Shown: positions 1 through 9,423, counted from the first letter of the stretch. The stretch: DNA of 64,000 nt from an uncultured Acidobacteriota bacterium (GCA_963752235.1 CAVVXL010000005.1:905-64904); one strand, 5' to 3'. Notes: generated by a model not told the origin, from the letters alone. Numbers and translations are program-made.

Positions 1-40
1 GCGCACCAAGCGCCGCGGTGCGTCGCTAATCCTCAGCTAT
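1..40 (-). other. Possible degraded or low-quality 5' end of rpsP (ribosomal protein S16) at the window edge
   Basis: The minus strand reads ATAG-CTG-AGG-ATT...CGG-CGC-TT-GGT-GCG-C, resembling an S16 start (MLRIRLRRLGAR) with indels. It follows SD-like GAAAGAGG downstream of ffh, and ffh-rpsP synteny is common. There is no intact ORF. Confidence 0.25.
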
Positions 41-47
41 TCGGGTG

Positions 48-117
48 GAACCTCTTTCGCGGAGAACCTCTTTCTGGAAGAACCTCTTCCGAGGAACCTC
101 TTTCGGATACCTCTTTC
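48..117. repeat. Five-copy imperfect tandem repeat (GA)ACCTCTTTC, period about 14-16 nt
   Basis: Copies at 48-58, 64-74, 80-90, 94-104 and 109-117; the minus strand reads GAAAGAGGT in each unit. Confidence 0.85.
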
Positions 118-125
118 GGGGACGC

Positions 126-1460
126 CTACGCCCGGGCCTGGCCGCCTGAGCCCATGGCGCGGCGGAGCCACTTGCCCTGCACGCCCTTCATCATCTTCTG
201 CATGGTGCGGTACTGCTTGAGCAGGCGGTTGATCTCGGCGACCGAGGTGCCGGAGCCCATGGCGATCCGCTTCTTGCGGCCGCCGTTCAGGACATCCGGA
301 CGCTGGCGCTCGTGCGGAGTCATCGAGTTGATGATCGCCTCGACCTTTTTGAGGCCGCCCTCGTCGACGCTCGCCGCGTCGAGGCCTTTCAGCGGGCCGA
401 CCTTGGGGAGCATCTCGAGCACCGAGGCGAGGGGGCCGAGCTTGCGCAGCTGCCGGAGCTGGTCGCGCAGGTCCTCGAGGGTGAACTGGCGGTTGGCGAT
501 GCGCTTGGCGAGGCGCTCGGTCTCGGCGGCGTCGAGGCCGCGCTCGGCCTTCTCGATCAGCGACAGCACGTCGCCCATGCCGATCATCCGCGACGACATC
601 CGCTCGGGGTGGAAGAGCTCGAGGTCGTCCGCCTTTTCGCCGATGCCGACGAAGCGGATCGGCACCCGGGCGACGGTGCGGATCGACAGCGCAGCGCCGC
701 CGCGCGAGTCGCCGTCGAGCTTGGTGAGGATGGCGCCGGTCAGCGGCAGCACGGCGGCGAACTGCTCGGCGCTCTTGACGGCGTCCTGGCCGGTCATCGC
801 GTCGGCCACGAAGAGGATCTCGTGCGGCTCGATCTTGTCGGCCAGCCGGCGGATCTCGTCCATCAGGGCGGTGTCGACGTGGAGGCGGCCGGCGGTGTCC
901 ATCAGGACCACGTCGTGGCCGCGCTGGCGGGCGACGCCGAGGGCGCGGGCGCCGAGGGCGACCACGTCCTCCCCCGGCTCGGGCTCGAGGACGGGGACGT
1001 CGACCCCCTTGCCGACCTGCTTGAGCTGCTCGACGGCGGCGGCGCGCTGGAGGTCGCCCGCCACCAGCAGCGGATGACGGCCGCGCTTCTTCAGGCGCTT
1101 GGCGATCTTGCCGGCGGTGGTCGTCTTGCCCGACCCCTGGAGGCCGCAGAGCAGGATCACCGTCGGCCGGCCGTCGGAGCGCAGCTCCGTCCCCTCCTCG
1201 CCGAGCAGCGCGGTCAGCTCGTCGCGGACGATCTTGACCACCTGCTGCGCCGGGGTGAGGCTCTCGAGGACCTCCTGGCCGAGCGCCCGCTCGCGCACCC
1301 GCTCGATGAACGGCTTGACCACCCGGAAGTGGACGTCGGCCTCGAGGAAGACCATGCGGATCTGGCGCAGCGCCGCGTCGAGCGCTTCGGGGGTGACCCG
1401 TCCCTCGCCCTTGAGCCGGTTGAAAACGTCCTGGAGCTTGTCCTGTAAACCGTCGAACAT
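126..1460 (-). CDS. ffh: Signal recognition particle protein Ffh (SRP54)
   Basis: GLQGSGKTT, DTAGR, TKLDGD and GMGD motifs and a Met-rich M domain; ATG at 1460 with AGGAGA RBS. Confidence 0.97.
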   Translation of the reverse strand: MFDGLQDKLQDVFNRLKGEGRVTPEALDAALRQIRMVFLEADVHFRVVKPFIERVRERALGQEVLESLTPAQQVVKIVRDELTALLGEEGTELRSDGRPTVILLCGLQGSGKTTTAGKIAKRLKKRGRHPLLVAGDLQRAAAVEQLKQVGKGVDVPVLEPEPGEDVVALGARALGVARQRGHDVVLMDTAGRLHVDTALMDEIRRLADKIEPHEILFVADAMTGQDAVKSAEQFAAVLPLTGAILTKLDGDSRGGAALSIRTVARVPIRFVGIGEKADDLELFHPERMSSRMIGMGDVLSLIEKAERGLDAAETERLAKRIANRQFTLEDLRDQLRQLRKLGPLASVLEMLPKVGPLKGLDAASVDEGGLKKVEAIINSMTPHERQRPDVLNGGRKKRIAMGSGTSVAEINRLLKQYRTMQKMMKGVQGKWLRRAMGSGGQARA

Positions 1461-1573
1461 CGGGGTATCTCTCCTACGGGTGCGCGCTCGGGGGCGAGCG
1501 GTTCTCGGGGCCCCGAAGGATACCACGGGAGCCCGAGGGGTCCGTTTTCGGGGATAGGTATACTGCACTGCCT

Positions 1574-3091
1574 ATGGAACGAAGAGCCAAGATCATGGCG
1601 ACCCTGGGGCCGGTGAGCCGCGACGAGACGGTGCTGCGAGGGCTGGTGCGGGCCGGGGTCGACCTGTTCCGACTGAACCTCTCCCACGGAACGCAGGAGC
1701 AGCACCGCGAGACCCTGCGCCGCGTCCGCCGCGTCGCCGCCGAGGAAGGGTGCCACCTGCCGGTGGTGCTCGATCTGATGGGCCCGCGCTACCGCCTGGG
1801 CACCATCCCCGACGAGCCGCGCCTGCTCAAGGTCAACCAGGAGGTGGTGCTCGGCCCCGAGGCGCACGACGTCGACCTGCCGGTCGACCCCGAGATCATC
1901 GAGCACCTGAAGGCGGACGAGCGGGTGCTGATCGACGGCGGCCTGATCGAGCTGCGCATCCTCTCGAAAGACGGCGACCGGGTGCGGGCGAAGGTGATCA
2001 ACGGCGGCCCGGTGAAGACCCGCAAGGGGATCAACCTCCCCGACAGCGACCTCCCCTTCGAGGTCTCCGCGAAGGACCGCGCGGACATCGTCTTCGCCGT
2101 CGCCGAGGGGGCCGACTACCTGGCCGCCAGCTACGTCGGCGAGGCGGCGCACATCGAGGCGGTGCGCGCGGTGGTCTCGGCGGCCGGCGGGCGCATCCCG
2201 ATCATCGCCAAGATCGAGCGCAAGACGGCGATCGAGAAGCTCGACGAGATCACCGACGCGGCGGACGGCATGATGGTGGCCCGCGGCGACCTCGGCGTCG
2301 AGGTGCCGCTCTACACCGTCCCCGTGCTGCAGAAGCGGATCGTGGCCGCCGGCCGCCTCTCCGGCAAGCCGGTGATCGTGGCCACCCAGATGCTCGAATC
2401 GATGGTCGAGCAGCCGCGCCCCACCCGCGCCGAGGCGACCGACGTCGCCAACGCCGTGTTCGACGGCGCCGACGCCCTGATGCTCTCGGGGGAGACGGCG
2501 GCCGGGAAGTACCCCGTGCTGGTGGTCGAGACGATGGCGCGGATCATCCAGGAGGCCGAGGACTACGCCCGCGAGACGACCGGCCGGCCGGCCCTCCAGC
2601 CGCTCGGCCACGTCCACGCCCGGCGCTCCTTCGCGCTCGACCCGGACCACCCGAGCCCCGCCGATCCGTCCGATCCCGCCGAGCCGGCGGAGGCCCCCGG
2701 CGTCGAGCCGTCGCTCGACATCCCCGACATCGTCTCCGCCGCCGCCGTGCTCGCCGCCGGGCAGATCGGCGTCCGCCGCATCGTGGCGTTCAGCCAGAGC
2801 GGCTTCACCGCCCGCCTGGTGGCGCGCTACCGGCCGCCGTCGCCGATCATGGCCTTCACCCCCGACGCCCGGGTGGCGCGCCAGCTGCAGCTCGTCTGGG
2901 GGGTGCGCCCGTTCGTCGCCGAGTTCCAGGTGGGGAGCCTCGAGGACATCGTCACGGTGGTCGAGCGCGAGCTGCTCGCCGCCAAGCTCGTCGAGCCCGG
3001 CGACAAGATCATCATCCTGATGGGGCATCCGGTGCGCGAGCGCCCGCTGACCAACCTGATGCGGGTCCACCGCATCCGGCCGGCCGAGTGA
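1574..3091 (+). CDS. pyk: Pyruvate kinase
   Basis: KIMATLGP, RLNLSHG, IIAKIE, MVARGDLGVE, ATQMLESM, PTRAE, LSGETA. Confidence 0.96.
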   Translation: MERRAKIMATLGPVSRDETVLRGLVRAGVDLFRLNLSHGTQEQHRETLRRVRRVAAEEGCHLPVVLDLMGPRYRLGTIPDEPRLLKVNQEVVLGPEAHDVDLPVDPEIIEHLKADERVLIDGGLIELRILSKDGDRVRAKVINGGPVKTRKGINLPDSDLPFEVSAKDRADIVFAVAEGADYLAASYVGEAAHIEAVRAVVSAAGGRIPIIAKIERKTAIEKLDEITDAADGMMVARGDLGVEVPLYTVPVLQKRIVAAGRLSGKPVIVATQMLESMVEQPRPTRAEATDVANAVFDGADALMLSGETAAGKYPVLVVETMARIIQEAEDYARETTGRPALQPLGHVHARRSFALDPDHPSPADPSDPAEPAEAPGVEPSLDIPDIVSAAAVLAAGQIGVRRIVAFSQSGFTARLVARYRPPSPIMAFTPDARVARQLQLVWGVRPFVAEFQVGSLEDIVTVVERELLAAKLVEPGDKIIILMGHPVRERPLTNLMRVHRIRPAE

Positions 3092-4626
3092 CGAGCAAGC
3101 AGCGGCGGGGCACGCTCGCCGCCGTCCTCGCCCTGGCCCTGCTGGGGATCGCGGACGCCTTCTGGATCGAGCCCCGCCGGCTGCTCTTCCGCGACGACGT
3201 GCGGATCGAGCTCCCCGCCCCGCGGCTGCGGATCGCCCACCTCTCGGACCTCCACATCCGCGGCAATGTCCGCGGCCAGCCGCTCCTCCACCGGCTGCTC
3301 CGCGAGGTCGCGGCGGCACGGCCGGACGTGATCGTGATCAGCGGCGACCTGATCCACGACGTGCCGGACCCGGCGGCCTCGCGCGCCATCGCGGCGGCGG
3401 CGGCGGGGTTCGTCGCCGCCCTGCGCCGGATCGCGCCCCTCTACGCGGTCCAGGGGCACAGCGAGCACCAGGGGGAGCTGATCGGCCGGTTGCAGGCCGC
3501 CGGCCTCGACTGGCTGTCGAACGAGGGACGGCGGATCGGTCCCGCCCCCGGAAACCGTGGCTACCTCCTCCTCGGCCTCAACACCCAGGTGGGGCTCGAC
3601 GAGTGGGCCTGGCGCTGGCCCTCCCCCTTCCAGCCGTTCACGGTGGACGGCGTGCGCCTCTACGGCGCCAGCCGGGAGACGCCGTACCGGAGCTTCTTCT
3701 CCCACTACGATCCGGCGCCTGAGGGGCTCGTCGGTCCTGACCTCGTCGAGACGAACGGCCCCCTCGCCTGGAGCGGCTACGAGACGACCTGCGAGGCGCG
3801 GATCGACGACCCCGCGGCGAGCGTCGGCCTCGCCGTCCACAGCCGTTATGCCGTGGGGGAGGACCGGCTGATCCTGCTCAGCCGCGACCAGTCCCCCTGG
3901 AGCCGGGGCGGCACCTTCTCGCTCTACGCCGACGGCTCGGCGCTCACCGGCAGGAACGACACCGGCGTGAAGCCGGAGCCGGGGCGCTGGTACCGGATGA
4001 AGGTGCGGACTGAAGTGACGCCCGATCAAGTGACCGCGCGGGCGAAGGTCTGGCCGGTGGGCACCCCCGAGCCGGCGCTCTGGCAGGCCGACACCGTCGA
4101 CCGCTCGCCGACCCGCGTCACCGCCGGAACCGTGGGGCTCTGGGCGTCGGGCGGCGGCTCCGTGGTCTACCGCAACCTGCGGGTGGTGAGCACAAAGGAC
4201 GGCAAGCTCCTGCTCGACGAGCCGCTCACCCTGCCGCCCGGCCGCCGCGCCCCCGCGGGATTCCGCGTCGGGACGCGCGGCACCCGCCTCGCCCTGGCGC
4301 TCGCCAGGAGCCCGGCCGTGCCGCCCGAAACGCCGGTGATCGTCCTCTCCCACATGGGGGACGTGGTGCGCGAGGCCTCGCGGCGGGGGATTCCGGTGGT
4401 CCTCGCCGGCCACACCCACGGCGGCCAGGTGCGCCTCCCCTTCGTCGGTCCGCTGCTCACCCGCTCCTCCCTGGGCGATTTCTACGACCGCGACCGCTTC
4501 GAATTCGCGGCCCCCAACGCGCGCGGGCTCACCACCCTCTACATCAATCCCGGGATCGGCATGTCCGTTCTGCCGCTGCGCTTCGACTGCCCGCCGCGCT
4601 GGGCGCTGATCGAGCTGGGCCGGTAG
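3088..4626 (+). CDS. Membrane-anchored YkuE/YaeI-like metallophosphoesterase with an inserted beta-rich domain of about 230 aa
   Basis: GTG overlaps the pyk stop; N-terminal hydrophobic helix; SDLH, GDL, GHSEH, LSH and GHTHGGQ motifs; insert at about 3590-4280. Confidence 0.85.
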   Translation: MTSKQRRGTLAAVLALALLGIADAFWIEPRRLLFRDDVRIELPAPRLRIAHLSDLHIRGNVRGQPLLHRLLREVAAARPDVIVISGDLIHDVPDPAASRAIAAAAAGFVAALRRIAPLYAVQGHSEHQGELIGRLQAAGLDWLSNEGRRIGPAPGNRGYLLLGLNTQVGLDEWAWRWPSPFQPFTVDGVRLYGASRETPYRSFFSHYDPAPEGLVGPDLVETNGPLAWSGYETTCEARIDDPAASVGLAVHSRYAVGEDRLILLSRDQSPWSRGGTFSLYADGSALTGRNDTGVKPEPGRWYRMKVRTEVTPDQVTARAKVWPVGTPEPALWQADTVDRSPTRVTAGTVGLWASGGGSVVYRNLRVVSTKDGKLLLDEPLTLPPGRRAPAGFRVGTRGTRLALALARSPAVPPETPVIVLSHMGDVVREASRRGIPVVLAGHTHGGQVRLPFVGPLLTRSSLGDFYDRDRFEFAAPNARGLTTLYINPGIGMSVLPLRFDCPPRWALIELGR

Positions 4627-4634
4627 CGTCTTTT

Positions 4635-4700
4635 TACACCGGGGAGCATGACGCTCCCCCGGTTCGACAAGCGTCGTACCCAGGGAGCGTAACGCTCCCT
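4635..4700. repeat. Pair of related short palindromes (REP-like) between convergent genes; possible terminator
   Basis: GGGGAGCATGACGCTCCCC (4641-4659) and AGGGAGCGTAACGCTCCCT (4682-4700), each preceded by TAC(A/C)C. Confidence 0.6.
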
Positions 4701-5288
4701 CTATCCTGGATTGGGAGAAGGGGGAGGCGGCGAGCCGCCGCGCAGGAAGAGCTTGCCGAAGCGGACGAAGTACTCGACGCCCGAGTAGACCGTGACCGCC
4801 AGCGCCACCCAGAGCGAGACCGGCGCCAGGTGACGGAACTCGCCGAGCTGGTTGTAGATGATCAGCAGGGCGATCGAGACGATCTGGACGATCGTCTTGA
4901 CCTTGCCGGAGAAGCCGGCGGGGATCACCAGGTGCTCGGCGGCGGCGAAGCTGCGCAGCGAGGTGACGGCGAACTCGCGGGCGATGATCACCACCACGAT
5001 CCAGGCCGGCACCACCGTGTGGCCGCTGCTGTGGTCCATCTCGACCAGCGAGATGAAGGCCGCGGAGACCAGGATCTTGTCGGCCGCCGGATCGAGCAGC
5101 GTCCCCAGGCGGGTGACCTGATCGCGCCGCCGCGCCAGATAGCCGTCGAAGAAGTCCATCACGGCGGCGAGCAGGAAGAGGCTCAACCCCCACCACTCCT
5201 TCCCCTCGAACTTGGTGAGCAGAACCACCACGAGGGGCGGCACCAGCAGGATGCGGCAGATCGACAGGACGTTGGGAAGGTTGAGCAT
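4701..5288 (-). CDS. pgsA: CDP-diacylglycerol--glycerol-3-phosphate 3-phosphatidyltransferase
   Basis: NLPNVLS start, DFFDGYLARR...G..LDPAADK CDP-alcohol phosphotransferase motif, GKVKT. Confidence 0.93.
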   Translation of the reverse strand: MLNLPNVLSICRILLVPPLVVVLLTKFEGKEWWGLSLFLLAAVMDFFDGYLARRRDQVTRLGTLLDPAADKILVSAAFISLVEMDHSSGHTVVPAWIVVVIIAREFAVTSLRSFAAAEHLVIPAGFSGKVKTIVQIVSIALLIIYNQLGEFRHLAPVSLWVALAVTVYSGVEYFVRFGKLFLRGGSPPPPSPNPG

Positions 5289-5378
5289 CGCTTCAGCGGG
5301 GAAGGCTCGGGCGCCGGCGGCATTCTACATGGCGCCGCGTCCGGGACGAGCGCGCGCTGGGAGAGCCGGACGTCGCGG

Positions 5379-6056
5379 CTATTGCGCGCCGCCGAGCGAG
5401 GTGGTGAGGACGAGCCGGTTGTTGGCGCCGCGGATCAGGTACGGCTTGCGATGGTTCCCGGGCAGGAGCATCGAGGCGGCGGTGGAAGCCGCCGTGGGGA
5501 GGGCGATCTCGGCGCCGCGCCAGAGGGAGAGCACGCGACGCACGTAGTCGCGGGTCTCGGCGAACGGCGGGATGCCGCCGTGCTTCTCGACCGCGCCCGG
5601 GCCGGCGTTGTAGGCGGCGATCGCCAGCTCGATCTTGCCGGCGAAGTGGTCGATCATCTGCCGCAGGTACATGGTGCCGCCGCGCACGTTCTCGCTGGGG
5701 TCGTAGGGGTTGCGGATCTTGAGCTCGCTCGCCGTGTCGGGCATCAGCTGCATCAGCCCGATCGCTCCCTTGTTCGACAGCGCCTTGACGTTGTAGCCGG
5801 ACTCGGCCTGGATCAGCGCGCGGACCAGGCGGGGATCGAGGTTCTGGGCGACGCTGTGGTTGGCGATGATCGCCTCGAGGTTGATGTCCGGCAGGTCGGC
5901 GAGCTTGGTCGACAGCCGGCGCGAGCGCTGGGTCGAATTCTCGTTGAGGATGACCTTGCGGCCGCTCGCCCCGACAGCGATATGCACGTCCGCCGCCGCG
6001 AGCGCGGGCGAAAGCACGAGGACCAGACAAGCCATGCCACGAAGAGCCCTTCTCAT
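5379..6056 (-). CDS. Secreted SLT-domain lytic transglycosylase
   Basis: Signal peptide; AES, GAIGLMQLMP, AAYNAG and ETRDYV motifs; ATG at 6056 with GAGGT RBS. Confidence 0.92.
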   Translation of the reverse strand: MRRALRGMACLVLVLSPALAAADVHIAVGASGRKVILNENSTQRSRRLSTKLADLPDINLEAIIANHSVAQNLDPRLVRALIQAESGYNVKALSNKGAIGLMQLMPDTASELKIRNPYDPSENVRGGTMYLRQMIDHFAGKIELAIAAYNAGPGAVEKHGGIPPFAETRDYVRRVLSLWRGAEIALPTAASTAASMLLPGNHRKPYLIRGANNRLVLTTSLGGAQ

Positions 6057-6138
6057 CACGACGACCTCACCCCGACAGACTGAAGCTGAAACTGCTGGGG
6101 GTATCTTAGCCGCTACGCGGGAAATCTCCAAGCTTTAG

Positions 6139-6258
6139 GCAGACCACGGACTGACACGGACGAGCACGGACCTTCAGGGACAGGGAAGAGGCAGCCGCGC
6201 AGCTACCTCGTCGCTGTCCCTGTTCGTCCGTGGAAGTCCGTGTCAGTCCGTGGTCTGC
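6139..6258. repeat. Long palindromic intergenic element with 45-bp arms built from CACGGAC units at 10-bp period
   Basis: The left arm (6139-6183) equals the reverse complement of 6214-6258 except at two 3-nt spacers. Confidence 0.9.
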
Positions 6259-6264
6259 TTCGCC

Positions 6265-8937
6265 CTACCGCCCCAGCTGCTCGCGCACGGCCGCCTCGAC
6301 GGCGGCGAGGGCGGCGGGGAGCTTCTCGGGATCCTTGCCGCCGGCCTGGGCGAAGTCGGCCCGGCCGCCGCCGCCGCCGCCCACGATCGCCGAGAGGGTC
6401 TTCACCAGCTCTCCCGCCTTGACGCGCCCGGTGAGGTCCTTGGAGACCGCCGCCACCAGGCTGACGTTGCCGTCGCCGCGGGTGCCGATCACCACCACCC
6501 CGGAGCCGAGCTTCGAGCGCAGGGTGTCGGCGATCTCGCGCAGCTCGTTGGCCGGGGCCGGGGGGACCTCGCGGGCGAGCACCCGGATGCCGTCGACCAG
6601 CAGCTCCTCGTCGCTCCCTGAGCCGGCCGAGCCGGAGACCAGCTGCATGCGCAGCTTGCGCATCTCGTTCTCGAGATCGCTCTGGCGCTGGCGGATCTGG
6701 TCGGCCTTCTGGAGCTGCTGGTCGTAGTCGCCCGAACGGATGCCGAGGCGGGTGACCAGCTCGGCGTAGGTCGCCCGCTGGCGGCGCACCTCGTCGAGCG
6801 CCGCGGTGCCGGTCACCGCCTCGATGCGCCGCACCCCGGAGGCCACGCCGCGCTCGGACTCGATCAGGAAGAGCCCGATCTCCCCGGTGTTGCGCACGTG
6901 GCAGCCGCCGCACAGCTCGAGGCTGAAGCCCGGCACGTTGACGGTGCGCACCCGCTCGCCGTACTTCTCGCCGAACAGGGCCATGGCGCCGGCGGCGATC
7001 GCCTCCTGGTAGCTGCGGGTGACGATGTCGGTCGGCACCGCCCGGCGCAGCCATTCGTTGACCAGGTCCTCGACCTGCTCCCACTCCTGGCGGAACATGC
7101 CGCGATGGTAGGTGAAGTCGAAGCGCAGGCGGTCGGGCGCTACCAGTGAGCCGGCCTGGCGCACGCTCTTGCCGAGCACCTGGCGCAGCGCCGCCTGCAG
7201 CAGGTGGGTGGCGGTGTGGTTCCGCTGGATGGCGAAGCGGCGGTCATGGTCGACCCGCAGCTGCACCTTGGTGTGGCGCGCGAGGCTCCCCTCCTCCACC
7301 TCGATGAAGTGAAAGAGGATGCCGCTCTGGTCCTTCTGCGTGTCGACGACGCGGGCCCGCCCGCCGTCCCAGCGGATCTCGCCGGTATCCCCGACCTGGC
7401 CGCCCGACTCGGCGTAGAACACCGTCTGGTCGAGGATCACCACCCCGACCTGCCCCTTTTGCAGCGTCGAGACGCGCACCGGCGCCCCCTCGCGCCAGGT
7501 GGCGAGGCGGACCACCTCGGCCGGGGTGTCGATCATCTCGGTCCGCTCGTACCCCTCGAAGCGGGTCTCGGTCAGCTCGGCGTGGCCGCGCAGCACCTCG
7601 CGCAGCGCCGAGAGGCGGTTCTGCACCTCGGCGGTCGCCTTGCGCGACTGCTCGCGCTGCGCCTCGAGCGCCTCGCCGAAGCCGGCCTCGTCGATCTGGA
7701 AGCGCTCCTCCTCGGCGATCTCGCGGATCACCTCGAGCGGCAGGCCGTAGGTGTCGTAGAGCCGGAAGACCATCGGCCCGGGGAGGGTCGTCGCGCCCTG
7801 CGGGCGCAGCCGCTCGATCTCCTCCTGCACCTGGCGCGCGCCGTTGGCGACCGTCGACAGGAACTTCTCCTCCTCGGCGCGGATGGTGGCCATCGAGGCC
7901 TGCCGCGTCGCCGCCAGCTCCAGGTAGGCGCTCCCCATCACCTCGCCCAGCACCGGCACCAGCTTGTGGAGGAACGGCTCCTCGAAGCCGAGGCGCATGC
8001 CGTGGCGCACGGCGCGGCGCAGGATGCGGCGCAGCACGTAGCCGCGCCCCTCGTTGCCGGGGATCACGCCGTCGGCGAGCAGGAAGGAGACGGCGCGCAG
8101 GTGATCGGCGATCACCCGCAGCGAGACGTCCTTCTCGGAGTCGGCGCCGTACTTGGTGCGCGCCAGGTCGGCGGCGGCGGCGAGGATCGGCTGAAAGAGG
8201 TCGGTGTCGTAGTTCGAGCCCACCCCTTGGAGCACCGAGGTGATCCGCTCGAGCCCCATGCCGGTGTCGATCGACGGCTTGGGGAGAGGGGTGAGGACCC
8301 CCTTGTCGTCGCGGTCGAACTGCATGAAGACGAGGTTCCAGATCTCCATGTAGCGTCCGGAATCGCTCCCCTCCTCCCAGGAGACCTCGGGGAGCTCCGG
8401 GTGGATGTCGACGAAGATCTCGCTGCACGGGCCGCAGGGGCCGGTCTCCCCCATCGCCCAGAAGTTGTCCTTCTTGCCGCAGCGGTGGACGCGCTCGGGG
8501 GTCAGGCTGGTCAGCTTCACCCAGAGGTCGAACGCCTCGTCGTCCTCTTCGTAGACGGTGGCGAACAGGCGGCTCGGCGGCAGCCCCCAGACGCGGGTCA
8601 CCAGGTCCCAGCCGAAGCGGATCGCGTCCTCTTTGAAATAATCGCCGAACGAGAAGTTCCCCAGCATCTCGAAGAAGGTGTGGTGGCGCGGGCTCGGCCC
8701 CACGTTCTCGAGATCGTTGTGCTTGCCGGAGACCCGCATCACCTTCTGCGCGGAAGCGGCGCGCGGCGACTCCGGGCGCTGGGCGCCGGTGAAGTTGTCC
8801 TTGAACTGGACCATCCCGGCGTTGGTGAACAGCAGGGTGGCGTCCCCCTGCGGAACCAGGGGCGAGCTCGGCACGATGCGATGCCCGCGCTCCCGGAAGA
8901 AGTCGAGAAAGCCTGCGCGAATGTCCATGCTCTTCAT
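6265..8937 (-). CDS. alaS: Alanine--tRNA ligase (alternative start 8952)
   Basis: LLFTNAGM, HHTFFEMLGNFSFGDYFK, IDTGMGLER, HTATHLL, ELCGGCHV, GGGGGR. Confidence 0.98.
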   Translation of the reverse strand: MKSMDIRAGFLDFFRERGHRIVPSSPLVPQGDATLLFTNAGMVQFKDNFTGAQRPESPRAASAQKVMRVSGKHNDLENVGPSPRHHTFFEMLGNFSFGDYFKEDAIRFGWDLVTRVWGLPPSRLFATVYEEDDEAFDLWVKLTSLTPERVHRCGKKDNFWAMGETGPCGPCSEIFVDIHPELPEVSWEEGSDSGRYMEIWNLVFMQFDRDDKGVLTPLPKPSIDTGMGLERITSVLQGVGSNYDTDLFQPILAAAADLARTKYGADSEKDVSLRVIADHLRAVSFLLADGVIPGNEGRGYVLRRILRRAVRHGMRLGFEEPFLHKLVPVLGEVMGSAYLELAATRQASMATIRAEEEKFLSTVANGARQVQEEIERLRPQGATTLPGPMVFRLYDTYGLPLEVIREIAEEERFQIDEAGFGEALEAQREQSRKATAEVQNRLSALREVLRGHAELTETRFEGYERTEMIDTPAEVVRLATWREGAPVRVSTLQKGQVGVVILDQTVFYAESGGQVGDTGEIRWDGGRARVVDTQKDQSGILFHFIEVEEGSLARHTKVQLRVDHDRRFAIQRNHTATHLLQAALRQVLGKSVRQAGSLVAPDRLRFDFTYHRGMFRQEWEQVEDLVNEWLRRAVPTDIVTRSYQEAIAAGAMALFGEKYGERVRTVNVPGFSLELCGGCHVRNTGEIGLFLIESERGVASGVRRIEAVTGTAALDEVRRQRATYAELVTRLGIRSGDYDQQLQKADQIRQRQSDLENEMRKLRMQLVSGSAGSGSDEELLVDGIRVLAREVPPAPANELREIADTLRSKLGSGVVVIGTRGDGNVSLVAAVSKDLTGRVKAGELVKTLSAIVGGGGGGRADFAQAGGKDPEKLPAALAAVEAAVREQLGR

Positions 8938-8948
8938 AAAGCGGCTCT

Positions 8949-9413
8949 TCATGATCCGTCGTCGATTTCCTGGCCGTCCAGCTCGTCGTTCAAAAAATTG
9001 ACGATAGCACGGCGGGAGAACCCCTTGCGCTCGAGGTGGCGGGCGAGGGCGCGAGGGTCCTGGCCGCCGCGCCGGAGCCAGGCTTTAGCCGCTTCGCGGG
9101 CCGCCGGCAGGTCGTCCTCGGGGGTGAGCTCGGCGAGCGCCGCCGCGACCGCGTCGTCCGGCGCCCCCCGCTTCAGCAGCTCGGCGCGCAGCCGCGTCCG
9201 CCCCTCGCCCCCCCGCGCCTGGCGCGACTCGACGAACACCCGCGCCGTGGCGCGGTCGTCGAGGTACTTCTCCTCGCTCAGTCGGGCGAGCGCCGCGTCG
9301 ATCTCCTCGGCGGGAAAATGGCGCTGGACGAGCTTCAGCTCCAGCTCGCGCCGGAAGTGGGCGCGGGCGGCGAGGAGCTGAAGGGCTTTCTGGTAGGCGG
9401 AGGCGTCCTTCAA
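8949..9413 (-). CDS. recX: Regulatory protein RecX
   Basis: ALQLLAAR...EL..KL, YLDD, L.RKGF; lies next to alaS as is typical. Confidence 0.85.
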   Translation of the reverse strand: MKDASAYQKALQLLAARAHFRRELELKLVQRHFPAEEIDAALARLSEEKYLDDRATARVFVESRQARGGEGRTRLRAELLKRGAPDDAVAAALAELTPEDDLPAAREAAKAWLRRGGQDPRALARHLERKGFSRRAIVNFLNDELDGQEIDDGS

Positions 9414-9423
9414 TTCGGCTCGA

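Noticed and set aside
48-117. Possible CRISPR array
   Set aside because: Units are about 11 nt with 3-5-nt spacers, far too short, and there are no cas genes.
1750-3087. Long 5' extensions of listed ORFs (also 12444-13976, 39202-40770, 43849-44430, 60996-61757)
   Set aside because: Off-frame overlaps with clear upstream genes; the real starts are the coupled ATG/GTG codons given in the features.
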